From Candidatus Sumerlaeaceae bacterium (GTDB lineage: Bacteria; Sumerlaeota; Sumerlaeia; Sumerlaeales; Sumerlaeaceae), in contig JBPCLP010000048.1 of the NCBI GenBank assembly GCA_051003195.1, forward strand, positions 1 through 56,977: a stretch of 56,977 nt of DNA. The letters run 5' to 3'. This document shows, one piece after another, positions 31,150-40,967 of this stretch. The translations under genes and the position numbers were made by a program. The notes beneath the pieces were generated by a model. It was not told the DNA's origin, did no database searches, and saw nothing but the letters and a program-made list of their open reading frames with translations. The stretch's first letter is position 1. Every line of letters begins with the position of its first letter.

Positions 31150-34100
31150 TTGGATTTTGTACATCTCCACGTCCATAGCCATTTCTCCTGGGACGGCGTA
31201 GCGGCCGTTCGCGATCTCGCCAAGTATGCCGAGCGTCAGGGCATGCGGGCACTGGCTCTTACGGACGTAGACAGCCTTGCCGGCGTCGCGATGTTCTGCA
31301 AAGCATGCCGTGAATTCGGTATAAAACCAATCGTCGGCTGCGACCTGCATGTAAGCAGCGATGCGTCCGGAACTGCGAGAAACCAGGCACAGTTTCGCGC
31401 GGTACTGCTGGCAGAGAACGACAGCGGCTTCAGGAATCTGGTAACGCTGTTGAACGCAGCGTATTCTGCTCCCCGGCGAGGCACGCCGGTGTTGTTACTG
31501 GACCTTCTGGAACGCCACACCGCCGGCATCATTTGCCTCACTGGCGGATCCAACACCGAGTTATATTCCTTATTACTGAACAACAAGCTTGAGGAAACCG
31601 AAGCACATATCGGGAGGCTGGCGCAAAGTTTCGGGCGGGAAAACCTGATTTTTCAGCTGGAGGACCTGGATGCCCCGCAGCAGAAGCAGATCAACGATCG
31701 GCTTTATGCGCTCAGCGATTTCCTCGACGTACGTTGTGTCGCAAGCAACTCCGTCTGTTATACCCGCCCTGAAGACGCCCTGGTGCACAGCTTTCTTTTG
31801 CGCGGTCGCATACCGGCGTTCCTGCAGTTCCAGACCGCCAAAGAAGGAAGGCATTCCAGGCATCTTGCGTCTGGCTCGCAAATGCGTGAGCGCTTTATGA
31901 AGTACCCAAAGGCCTTATACGCCACCGAAGAAGTTGCTGACCGCTGCACGTTCCAGCCGAACTTTGAAAAGCGCCGGTTCCCGGTTCACGACTTTGTCCG
32001 CGGATTTGACGCAGACAGCTTCTTGTGGGACCTCGCGTTCCGCGAAGCACGGGCACGGTTTGTGGAACTTTCGCTGGACATGAAGAACCGGCTCAACGAA
32101 GAGTTCGATTACATCAAGACCCACGGTCTTTCAAATAACATCCTCCTGCTGTGGAACATTGCTCAGTTCGCACGTAAGAACAAAATCAACATGGGCGTCG
32201 GCCAGGGGGACGCGATTACCAGCCTCGTCGCTTTCATACTGGGAATCACGCGCATTAACCCACTCGAGTATAAAATGCGGTTCCTGGGCTTCGGCGACGC
32301 GAATCCGTCTGAGCTGGGTCTGTCGGTGGAGATTCCGTCCAAGCACATCGATGCGCTGCACAAATTCATGGGCGAAACATTCGGGCCGGATTTCTGCAGT
32401 GCTGTCGGGAAATACATGATGTTGCAGAGGCATGCGGTGGAGCGGGAAGTCCATACATGGATGTATAGTAAACCCGGCCGGCCCGAGCAGGAAGTGACCG
32501 GACCGGATGCACCCACTCCGCGATCAGATGCACCCATTGAAGAGTTCTTTCCGGGAAAACTCGACGGCGTCGCCCTGCCGTCCGCAGCGGCCGAGCGATT
32601 CATTTTGGCCCGCCTGCTTCCAAGACCAAAGGAATTGGTGCTTGATGAAAACCAGTTCGCGATTTCTGCCGAAAACCTGAACTCCGTCACCCCACGTGTT
32701 TATCTCGACGAGCAGCCTGTCACACAAATGGATGCCGCGTCGCTCGACCTCTTTCACATTCCCAGGCTTCGAGTCGAAATCAGTTCAGTGCTCAACATTC
32801 TGGATTCGGCCTCATATTGGGTGCGTAAGGAAGACAATGCGAACTTTGACCCAGACCGTATTCCAATGGATGATGACGCGACCTACACGCTGCTGATTCG
32901 CGGGCTGACCAACGGTATAGACCCGTTCAGTTCCATCACGTTGAAGTCGCTCCTCCGCGCACACCGGCCACGCAATTTCATGAGTCTTGTGAAGATCAAA
33001 AGCATGGAGCGTTCGCCTAACAGGGAGCAGGATAGCGATGTGCGTGAGCACTTGCCGGAATGCCTGCTCACCTATCGCTGCGCATTCGTGAAAGCGCATT
33101 ATCCCATGAGCTTTATGGCGTCGCTGCTGACACATTCCTTCCGAAACCGTCGCAAGTTTACCGTGATTTTACGCGAAGCTAAGCAAATGGGACTTCGCAT
33201 TTTACCGCCGGATATCAATCTGAGCGTCTATGAATTCTCGCAGATTCACAAGGCGCTCCGCACGGGCCTGCTCGTCATCAGCGGCATGGGGCCAAAGGCG
33301 TACGCGGAGCTCGCTTCCGTGCGGAAGGGCGGTGACTTCAACGACCTGATGGATCTTGTTCGCCGCACAGATCCGCGCCTGATTAACACCCGCCTGCTCT
33401 CAAACATGGTCAAGGCGGGCGCGCTCGATTCCTTTGGTCTCAAGCGTTCGCAGATGCTGCAGATGATCGAGCAGGATGTAGAGTTGGCGCGCCGTAACGC
33501 AACCACTCCAAACCTCTTCGATCAGCCGCAGGAACGCCAGCCTGCGATTCCCGGAATCGATCCGCCGAACATTCCCGAGATGCCTTTGCCGGAAATCATC
33601 CGTAATGAAATCGCGGCTGCTGGATACTGCATATCTTATGACCAGCTGCATCTCTATCGCGATCTCGTGAAGCAGTGCCGTGCCCTGTCGCCCGACCAGC
33701 TTACGCCAAAGATGGTCGGACGTGAAGTGCACGTGGCCGGTTTTCTCGACCATGTGGAAACGGACAGCCCGCTGGTCGAGGATCAGGACCAGCTGCTGCT
33801 CGACCTCGAAGGGCACGTTGTCACCATGCCGGTCAAAGTCAGCGATCTCTACGACCAGGCCCTCCACGCCAGTGCACCAGTGCTTATTGGAGGCACTGTT
33901 CATCGCCGAAAGGACGAGGTGTACGTCAAAGCGCTGACGGCCTTCACCCTGCGCATGGTGCAGCAGATGAGCCAGCACGTGCTGCAACTGGACCTCGATC
34001 TCACAGGCGAAGACAGTCGCACCCTCTGGCTGATCCGGGACCTCGTGCTATATTACCGGGGTAAGGGAACGAAGGTACGCGTGCACAACTTTAACGCGAA

Positions 34101-34338
34101 CACTCTCAGCCGTTGGTGGATGTCTAAGGTCGAGCGAACCCCCGTGTTCTTCAGTCCGCCCTTCTATTATGCGCTAAAGAAAATACTGCCTGAAGAGCGC
34201 ATCAAGCTGGTCGCCTCCGAGGACATGGACCCCGCCCTCCTCCACGCTCTTTCGCCGTTGCGGTTTGAGAAAACCGAGCCCCGCTACATCGATCCTGTCG
34301 ATGTGGAGGAGAACGCATCGATTGTCGACACCTACTGA
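31150..34338 (+). CDS. DnaE (Pol III alpha)-like protein, predicted catalytically inactive
   Basis: DnaE architecture: FVHLHVHS, ALTD, IKPIVG, RLNEEF, SLVAFILGIT.INP, KAHYP..FMASLL, LPPDINLS, HhH, KAGALDSFG, OB-like C-terminus. The PDxDxD, KxDxLGL, GRGS, HAxG and YQEQ motifs are absent. Confidence 0.9.
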   Translation: MDFVHLHVHSHFSWDGVAAVRDLAKYAERQGMRALALTDVDSLAGVAMFCKACREFGIKPIVGCDLHVSSDASGTARNQAQFRAVLLAENDSGFRNLVTLLNAAYSAPRRGTPVLLLDLLERHTAGIICLTGGSNTELYSLLLNNKLEETEAHIGRLAQSFGRENLIFQLEDLDAPQQKQINDRLYALSDFLDVRCVASNSVCYTRPEDALVHSFLLRGRIPAFLQFQTAKEGRHSRHLASGSQMRERFMKYPKALYATEEVADRCTFQPNFEKRRFPVHDFVRGFDADSFLWDLAFREARARFVELSLDMKNRLNEEFDYIKTHGLSNNILLLWNIAQFARKNKINMGVGQGDAITSLVAFILGITRINPLEYKMRFLGFGDANPSELGLSVEIPSKHIDALHKFMGETFGPDFCSAVGKYMMLQRHAVEREVHTWMYSKPGRPEQEVTGPDAPTPRSDAPIEEFFPGKLDGVALPSAAAERFILARLLPRPKELVLDENQFAISAENLNSVTPRVYLDEQPVTQMDAASLDLFHIPRLRVEISSVLNILDSASYWVRKEDNANFDPDRIPMDDDATYTLLIRGLTNGIDPFSSITLKSLLRAHRPRNFMSLVKIKSMERSPNREQDSDVREHLPECLLTYRCAFVKAHYPMSFMASLLTHSFRNRRKFTVILREAKQMGLRILPPDINLSVYEFSQIHKALRTGLLVISGMGPKAYAELASVRKGGDFNDLMDLVRRTDPRLINTRLLSNMVKAGALDSFGLKRSQMLQMIEQDVELARRNATTPNLFDQPQERQPAIPGIDPPNIPEMPLPEIIRNEIAAAGYCISYDQLHLYRDLVKQCRALSPDQLTPKMVGREVHVAGFLDHVETDSPLVEDQDQLLLDLEGHVVTMPVKVSDLYDQALHASAPVLIGGTVHRRKDEVYVKALTAFTLRMVQQMSQHVLQLDLDLTGEDSRTLWLIRDLVLYYRGKGTKVRVHNFNANTLSRWWMSKVERTPVFFSPPFYYALKKILPEERIKLVASEDMDPALLHALSPLRFEKTEPRYIDPVDVEENASIVDTY

Positions 34339-34415
34339 ACGCTCGCATTTTCCCCTTGCCCGCCGCGCCTGCCGCTTCTGCGATCTAAACATCGTAATGC
34401 ATTTGGAGGAATAAA

Positions 34416-35057
34416 TTGAAGCGATTTATCAGCTTACTAATCACGTTAGGAATTGTAACCATGGCCAGCGCCGCAGACAAACCGAAGGCAATCTTTCACA
34501 CGACTGAGGGTGACTTCACCTGCGAGCTTTACCGGGAGAAAGCGCCAAAGGCAGTCGAAAACTTCGTCGGGCTCGCAAAAGGGACCAAGGAATGGACGCA
34601 CCCTGAAACTGGCCAGAAGATGACCGGCAAGCCGCTCTATACCAATACTAAATTTCATCGCACCATTTCGGGTTTTATGATCCAAGGAGGCGATCCGCTT
34701 GGTAACGGGCGCGGCGGTCCCGGATACAAATTCGCCAATGAAGAAAGCGACCTTACCTTCAGCAAACCTGGCATGCTCGCGATGGCGAACGCAGGCCGCG
34801 ACACAAACGGCAGCCAGTTCTTTGTCACCGTCGCGCCAAAGGATTACCTCAATGGCAACTACACGATTTTTGGTAGGGTTCTCAGCGGCCAGGAGGTCGT
34901 GGACAAAATTGCAAACAAGCCCAGCGAAGCTGGCAGTGGACGTGCCTTTAACCCTGTGACACTGAACAGCATTGAGATTGTCGAATCAGGGGCCGCTGCA
35001 TCTGATAAGGCGACGACAGGCTCCGCAGCAGATAGCTCCACAAGCGCCGCTAAATAG
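34416..35057 (+). CDS. Exported cyclophilin-type peptidyl-prolyl isomerase
   Basis: Signal peptide, APKAVENF, FHRTISGFMIQGGDP, LAMANAG..TNGSQFF, YTIFG. Confidence 0.96.
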   Translation: MKRFISLLITLGIVTMASAADKPKAIFHTTEGDFTCELYREKAPKAVENFVGLAKGTKEWTHPETGQKMTGKPLYTNTKFHRTISGFMIQGGDPLGNGRGGPGYKFANEESDLTFSKPGMLAMANAGRDTNGSQFFVTVAPKDYLNGNYTIFGRVLSGQEVVDKIANKPSEAGSGRAFNPVTLNSIEIVESGAAASDKATTGSAADSSTSAAK

Positions 35058-35110
35058 ACAGTCGGTCCACTCTCGAATTTACACAGTAGCGAACGTTACT
35101 GGATTACGCC

Positions 35111-35329
35111 ATGCCGATCTACGAATACTGCTGCGATTCCTGCGGCACTGAATTCCAGGACCTCGTGCTCAGCCGTGCTGCTGAGTTGGACGTTCGATGC
35201 AAACAATGCAGTTCCGAGAAGGTCACTAAACTACTGTCCGGCTCTGCGGTAAAATCCGGCGCTTCATCCAGCCCCAGCTATACTCCGCCTTCTGGCGGCG
35301 GATGCGGTGGCGGATGCAGCTGTCACTGA
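35111..35329 (+). CDS. FmdB family zinc-ribbon protein
   Basis: MPIYEYCCDSCG..CKQCSS..KLLS and C-terminal CGGGCSCH. Confidence 0.92.
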   Translation: MPIYEYCCDSCGTEFQDLVLSRAAELDVRCKQCSSEKVTKLLSGSAVKSGASSSPSYTPPSGGGCGGGCSCH

Positions 35330-35336
35330 GGACACA

Positions 35337-35525
35337 ATGAGAAAAAAAGGTTACCTGGGTGACGAGAATCCGGAAAAGATGCCCGTAGTGACGGACGGGA
35401 TCGAAATGACGCGCGGCACTCGTAAGCACATTGCCCCGGAGCAACTGACGGGCGGCAACGGCGTTTCGGACGAGAGCCGCACTGCAAAACTGGTAATGGA
35501 TTTCATCAAGATGGTTCGGTCTTGA
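35337..35525 (+). CDS. Small hypothetical protein
   Basis: 62 aa, GAGG before ATG 35337, fills the gap after the FmdB-family gene. Confidence 0.5.
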   Translation: MRKKGYLGDENPEKMPVVTDGIEMTRGTRKHIAPEQLTGGNGVSDESRTAKLVMDFIKMVRS

Positions 35526-35547
35526 GCGCTCGCGCGCCCAAGGTGGA

Positions 35548-37152
35548 TCACTTCGGCTTATAGAACATGATCGGGGTATTAAGCGTCCGGAACGGTTTTT
35601 CCAGCTGTGGTGCGTAGTTTGCATCCACCGCTTCTTTGATTTCAGGGATCATGTAAGTCTGGTCCATGTCCAGCGCCATGAATGAGATTCGCTTTTCGCG
35701 TATCATGGCCGCGAGCTTCGCAATGATCTCATGCGCGCGTCCATGCTCCCGGTCCACTGTCTCATTCATGTATTTCAGCTTCCACAAAAGCAGTTCCGAG
35801 TAATCGGCGGCGATCCGCCGTTGTGCCAGGAACGCGTAAAAAGGCGGTGCGAGCGTCACTCCGTCCTGTGGGCAGTTGCTCTTAATCTGGTCCACGATGC
35901 GCAGTGTTTCGGCTTCGGGCAATTCATACGTATCCTGCTTAAGCGTACGCCAGCTGTGTTGAAGCCCCACCCACGTAACGCAAAAGACCGCCAGTACGAC
36001 CGCAACTCCGCCGGCAAGCGGTGAGAAGTCCGACACTTGTGTGGCGCGCCACCGCGGCCACCATGCGTGCGCGACGGCGGCTACAAAGTAGCCGACCATC
36101 AATGCGACGTACGGTTCCGATACGCTAAACACGTAGTTCACGGTTCCGCCTTTTGCCACGTAGACAATCGCGCCAAATGAAGCCAGCGTGAAAAGCACGG
36201 TCAGTCCCCGAACCGGAACAGGCGCGCGCTGCGCGTACACCGCCAGGCCCAGGCACGCTAGTACCAGATAACCCGCTTCCAGTCGCAGGACCTCCGTCCC
36301 TTCCCGGTACAGTTTACTCAGCGCGTAGGTCAGTGCATTTTCGCCGGGAGGCAGCAACTCTTTCCGCGGAAACGCACCCACCTGGTTCCTGATAACATTG
36401 TCCAGGTAAGCATGCGTGTACAACTCCGCACCGATAATTACCATGGCAATGATGAGCGCGAGCGGCAGTACGAAGGGTAGCAACAGGCGAGGCCGGCGCA
36501 CGAGGTTATACCCGGCCAGAAGCAGCAGATAAGGCGCAGTCGTCATATTTGTCAGCGCCGCCAATGCACCTGTAATTCCTGAAGCGACCGAACAAGCGAC
36601 GCAGCCCTTTAACTGCAGATAAAATGTCAGCATCAAAAAGAAAACGAGGAGCGGCTGGGACTGGTAACCAAGCGTCCACCAGAAGCCGATCGGCAGCAGC
36701 AGATAAACAGCGCACGCGATAAGGCCTGCCAGCCTGGCGCGCCGACTGCTTATCCCCGCTTCCGGACCGTCGGTAATGCGCAAAGCCACACGGTACAGCA
36801 ACACCATCGTCGCAAGATGCAGCATCAGGCTGAATGCGCGAAAAGCATAGAGCGGGTGGGGGAGTGGCAGCAGCGTTCCAATTCTGGCGATCGCCGCGCC
36901 CACCAGCAGGTGCATAGGAGGCTGCGGCGCGAGGATATCCCGATACAGCACCGCGCCCTGGCTCATCCGCCACGAAATATACATGTAGTTGCCGTCGCCA
37001 AAATCCAGATGTCCGAGGTTCCAGTGGGGAACAACCAGCGCGGTGTAGACAAAAGCGAACAGAACCAGCCACGGCCAGGCTTTGCCGGAGAATAGAGACA
37101 GCGACTGCGGTGAATGGTTCGCTTCTTGTTCGATGCCTTGCAGCCCGGTCAA
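35548..37152 (-). CDS. Polytopic membrane protein, probable GT-C (ArnT/PMT-like) glycosyltransferase
   Basis: First loop DFGDGNY..GAVLYRD..QPP, many TM helices, soluble C-terminal domain. Confidence 0.72.
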   Translation of the reverse strand: MTGLQGIEQEANHSPQSLSLFSGKAWPWLVLFAFVYTALVVPHWNLGHLDFGDGNYMYISWRMSQGAVLYRDILAPQPPMHLLVGAAIARIGTLLPLPHPLYAFRAFSLMLHLATMVLLYRVALRITDGPEAGISSRRARLAGLIACAVYLLLPIGFWWTLGYQSQPLLVFFLMLTFYLQLKGCVACSVASGITGALAALTNMTTAPYLLLLAGYNLVRRPRLLLPFVLPLALIIAMVIIGAELYTHAYLDNVIRNQVGAFPRKELLPPGENALTYALSKLYREGTEVLRLEAGYLVLACLGLAVYAQRAPVPVRGLTVLFTLASFGAIVYVAKGGTVNYVFSVSEPYVALMVGYFVAAVAHAWWPRWRATQVSDFSPLAGGVAVVLAVFCVTWVGLQHSWRTLKQDTYELPEAETLRIVDQIKSNCPQDGVTLAPPFYAFLAQRRIAADYSELLLWKLKYMNETVDREHGRAHEIIAKLAAMIREKRISFMALDMDQTYMIPEIKEAVDANYAPQLEKPFRTLNTPIMFYKPK

Positions 37153-38603
37153 AAGGACCTGCCAGGCTGCTCATACTCGTCACAAAGCTGGTTCAGGGTG
37201 ACGAACCGCGCACTGCCGGAGGCAATCGAAAAAAAGTATTCGAATGTATCCCAGTACCCCTTGAACGTATCGCGGTCGGCGATGCTGTTGTGCCACAGGA
37301 AAACCAGAGCGCCCCCGCGGATGTGATCGCACGACGCATCCAGCAGGTTCGTCAAACGCTCCAGGCATAGCTCGGCCGGGATCTTTTCATACGCGGCTAG
37401 CGTGATGTCCATGCACACCAGCGGGATTTCCAGTATCGGCAGTTCCTGCATCGTATCCGTGTCGAAAGGCCGGAAGGCGCCCGACCACCCGCAGCGAAAG
37501 CCTGCCCGGTCTGGAAAACCAAGCGAAGAGTCGTATCGCACGCCCGCCGCGGCGAGATGCCGCCAGGTATGCGGCGCATGAAACCTGAGATAATGCTGCC
37601 GCGAGCCGCGCACCGACTGACCATTAGCCGCTTCGACAGCCTTCACCTCCCTCGCGATCATCTCGGCCGAAGTCCCGCTGTTCCACGAAGGATGCACACC
37701 GATCTCATCTCCAAAGGTGCGCGCGCGCAGCATCAGGGAACGCACCGCGGGATCCTCCAGCCGGTAATCGCAATCGTGCTCACCACCGGATTTCGTCATC
37801 ATGAAAAACGTCGAGTGCGCGCTGATCCGCTCCTTGATTCCGTACAAGTCGTCGAAGCTGTCGTAGGGATCGCGCCTTCCACTGAAGTTGACCGCCGTGG
37901 CAGCCTTTAAGTCGTTCAGCCCTGCACCGGGATTTTTGAGAACGCGTCCAACGCTGCGCCCCAGCCCTGCCAAGCCGCGGTACTTGTGCAAAAGATCTAC
38001 GTCATGCGTCAATGCGATCGTCTGCTGTTCCTGCGGGGACTCCACCGGCAACCCCAGCCGTTCACGTATCAGTGCGGACAGGTTTTCAAACCAGCGGTTA
38101 ACAACCGGGATTTCATAGAACTCAAGCGGGGCGTGGGAGAACTCTGCCGGAAAACGACCATGCAGATCGACCCTGTCGGAGAGAAGGTGAGCATCGGATT
38201 CATCCGCAGTCGCCCGTTCCTCCGCTCGGGTCAGGCACCAGAATGCCGCCGCAATAATATCCAACTCGAGAGTAAGCTCCCGCCGCCCTTCATTCGTCAC
38301 AAATTCACGTAGGTCTCCTGGCGCGGCTGCCCGCAGCAACGCCCTGAAATCCATCGCCGCGGAAGGCATTTGGGTGCCATTACCGTCTGCGCCCAGCATT
38401 GGCATAGGAACATGCACTCTGACAGCCTGATTGGTGGCAGCTCCGTTGGACCGCCCATAAAGCAGCACAACGTCGGCGTCCGGAGACTCCGTTACTGAAA
38501 AGCCGTGCGTATGCGCGAAAAGTCGCACTACATAACCAGCCGCCGCTGCAGAGCCCGGGTGCGCTACTTCCAACCGGATGGAGCGTTGTTCTTCATGAGG
38601 CAT
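37149..38603 (-). CDS. Polysaccharide deacetylase family protein
   Basis: LTHDVD, STFF, EIGVHPS, RQHYLRF, YDSSLGF, EIPL..MD, FLWHN. Confidence 0.87.
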   Translation of the reverse strand: MPHEEQRSIRLEVAHPGSAAAAGYVVRLFAHTHGFSVTESPDADVVLLYGRSNGAATNQAVRVHVPMPMLGADGNGTQMPSAAMDFRALLRAAAPGDLREFVTNEGRRELTLELDIIAAAFWCLTRAEERATADESDAHLLSDRVDLHGRFPAEFSHAPLEFYEIPVVNRWFENLSALIRERLGLPVESPQEQQTIALTHDVDLLHKYRGLAGLGRSVGRVLKNPGAGLNDLKAATAVNFSGRRDPYDSFDDLYGIKERISAHSTFFMMTKSGGEHDCDYRLEDPAVRSLMLRARTFGDEIGVHPSWNSGTSAEMIAREVKAVEAANGQSVRGSRQHYLRFHAPHTWRHLAAAGVRYDSSLGFPDRAGFRCGWSGAFRPFDTDTMQELPILEIPLVCMDITLAAYEKIPAELCLERLTNLLDASCDHIRGGALVFLWHNSIADRDTFKGYWDTFEYFFSIASGSARFVTLNQLCDEYEQPGRSF

Positions 38604-38730
38604 GTGCCAACCCTGCTTCGCGAAGATGACAGATCAAGTGCTGCGTGATCCTTCCCGGCGCCGCTCTCTAACCTTTGTTTAATGCTCGCAGGCCCGGGAA
38701 AGTCGCCGCAATTGCGCCAAGACGATACGC

Positions 38731-40941
38731 CTAATCCCACTCGATGGTAACGCGGATGGGGTCCCCGCTGTGCTCGACCACGTTTACGAACGTGCGCTCA
38801 TTCTGGCGCGCAATGTGAAGAGTGACACGGCCATTGCCGACACGCATGTTATGGATGGTGAGCTCGCCCAGAACATGCGGCAGGCGCGGATTCGAAATTG
38901 TCAGGCGACCACGGGGGGCATCCGGTCGGATACCTATCAATCCTTGCAGCATCATTGGAAACGTTGCCGCCGCCCAAGCCTGTGGCGTGCACGCGACAGG
39001 ATAATGCACCGGCGAGTCGTTCGGCTGACGTGTCATCCCGCAGTACAATTCTGGCAGCCGATAGTACTGGAAATGCAGGCACGCCGAATATATATCCGAA
39101 AAGGTTCGCTCAGCCGACTGCTTCAGGTTATAGTTACAAAGTCCAAGCATGGCCATGGCATTGTCATGGGGCCACACGCTGCCATTATGGTAGCTTAAGG
39201 GGTTGTAGGCGGAATGCCGGGCCGAAAACGTGCGGATCCCCCAGCCCGAATACATGTCATCCGCCATTAAACGCCGCTCCACACGCTGTGCCGCTGCCTG
39301 TGAGACAACGTTACACATCAGCAAATGCGCGGGGTTCGAAGTGACCGAATGCATGGGTCTTTTGCGGCCATCGAGCGCGAGCGCGTAAAACTTTTCGGAC
39401 TTTATCCAGAAGCGGTCCTCAATCAGCGCCTTCAGCGTTTCCGCTTCCTCGCGTAGCTTTCGCGATTTGTCGGCCTGTCCTAACGCGCGGTAGATCCGGC
39501 TCATCCCAAGTTTGGCATCGTAGACATACCCCTGCACTTCAACCAGCGCGATTGGCAATTGCGGCTGTGTTCCGTCGGGGAAAATTACGCCATCTACAGA
39601 ATCCTTCCAGCCCTGATGCAGGCATCCGCGCTCGGTATAGTTCCAGTATTCCACAAATCCATCGCCGTCCACATCACCATACGTGTCGATCCAGCGCAGC
39701 GCCATTTCCGCATTGGGCAAAAGCTTCCGCACCAGCTCCAGGTCATTGGTCCACGCAAAGTACGCATGCAGCAGAACGAGGAAAAGGGGGGTGGCGTCCA
39801 CCGTCCCAAAGTAAGGCACGTGTGGTATTTCGCCGCAGCGAGCCATTTCGCCACGGCGGATTTCATGCAGGATCTTACCGGGTTCTTCGACGGTAAAGTC
39901 ATTGGTGCGTGTGCCCTGGTAATGCGCCAGGAATAGCAGCGTGTCCTGCGCGATTTCGGGGTTTATCATCAGCGTCTGCAGGCTGGTGATTAGCGAATCC
40001 CGGCCAAAGGGAGTCGAATACCATGGGATCCCGGCCGAGATGATCGCATGCCCGTCATAGCTGATCATCAACGCGCGCAGATCTGTAATGCTCTGCGACA
40101 GCGACGTCGTTAGGAATTCATTATCCGAATCGATGCGCGTGCACGTATTCCGCCATTTGGCGTAGTCTTCCGAAATCTCCTTATATACCTCGGAAAACGA
40201 TACCAGGTGCACCTCGTCACAGGCGCCGCCGATCAGCGGAACCACGTGCATCTCCAACAGGAAATTCCCGCCGGGAGGAATGGCGATGTTGAATTCGGCG
40301 AAGTGATCGGTAAGCTGTGTGGGGGCAGTGTTAAAGACGATACGTGTTGTACGCAGAACACTATCAAGCCCGCGATAGCATAATGCCACCCGATCGTGTT
40401 CCACGATCGGTTTAAAGTACGTTCCGCGACGATCCCGCTCGGCGCCACGTACCTCGAACATGTCCGCGAAATCCGCGGCAAAGTAGATAGTGAAGGTGAT
40501 CTGCTGTCGAACGTTCAGGTAATTGCTGATTCTGACACGCTCAATCAGCTTATCACTGACCGCCTGACGCCGGCGCAGATGCAGGAAGTTGTGCTCATAG
40601 ATATCCTTCGCGCCTTCGGTAAACGACGTGGTCAGGTCGATCTGGTCGCAAAACACACGATTTGCCTGCGACGATAGCACCGTCGGTTCCTGTCCCATCA
40701 CCTGCAGTTCCCACCGACTCAGAAATCGCGTATCCTCAGAATAGAGGCCGAGGTGACACTGCTCGCCCTGCGGCACGTTTCCCTTCTGATCCGTCAGAAA
40801 GAAAATGTTTTTTTCCTTCAGCACCAGGTTGTTAACCTGCGGATTGCCAGGCTTGCTGCTGACTCGTGTGTAGCCGAGCAGCTCAGCCGCGTCCACCTCT
40901 ATGAGTTCCAACGAGTCGGGCAGATCAGTGTTAATGGACAT
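38731..40941 (-). CDS. Amylo-alpha-1,6-glucosidase/glycogen-debranching family glycosidase
   Basis: DTRFLS, ADFADMFEVRG, AGIPWY..FGRDSL, EEPGKILHE, DATPLF, QGWKDS, EVQGY, YHNGSVWPHDN. Confidence 0.92.
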   Translation of the reverse strand: MSINTDLPDSLELIEVDAAELLGYTRVSSKPGNPQVNNLVLKEKNIFFLTDQKGNVPQGEQCHLGLYSEDTRFLSRWELQVMGQEPTVLSSQANRVFCDQIDLTTSFTEGAKDIYEHNFLHLRRRQAVSDKLIERVRISNYLNVRQQITFTIYFAADFADMFEVRGAERDRRGTYFKPIVEHDRVALCYRGLDSVLRTTRIVFNTAPTQLTDHFAEFNIAIPPGGNFLLEMHVVPLIGGACDEVHLVSFSEVYKEISEDYAKWRNTCTRIDSDNEFLTTSLSQSITDLRALMISYDGHAIISAGIPWYSTPFGRDSLITSLQTLMINPEIAQDTLLFLAHYQGTRTNDFTVEEPGKILHEIRRGEMARCGEIPHVPYFGTVDATPLFLVLLHAYFAWTNDLELVRKLLPNAEMALRWIDTYGDVDGDGFVEYWNYTERGCLHQGWKDSVDGVIFPDGTQPQLPIALVEVQGYVYDAKLGMSRIYRALGQADKSRKLREEAETLKALIEDRFWIKSEKFYALALDGRKRPMHSVTSNPAHLLMCNVVSQAAAQRVERRLMADDMYSGWGIRTFSARHSAYNPLSYHNGSVWPHDNAMAMLGLCNYNLKQSAERTFSDIYSACLHFQYYRLPELYCGMTRQPNDSPVHYPVACTPQAWAAATFPMMLQGLIGIRPDAPRGRLTISNPRLPHVLGELTIHNMRVGNGRVTLHIARQNERTFVNVVEHSGDPIRVTIEWD

Positions 40942-40967
40942 GGATACTGTATTGCGCTTGTGGTTGG

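Noticed and set aside
31150..34338. Calling this the replicative dnaE or the error-prone dnaE2
   Set aside because: Both need the three catalytic aspartates, which are absent; no imuA/imuB neighbours.
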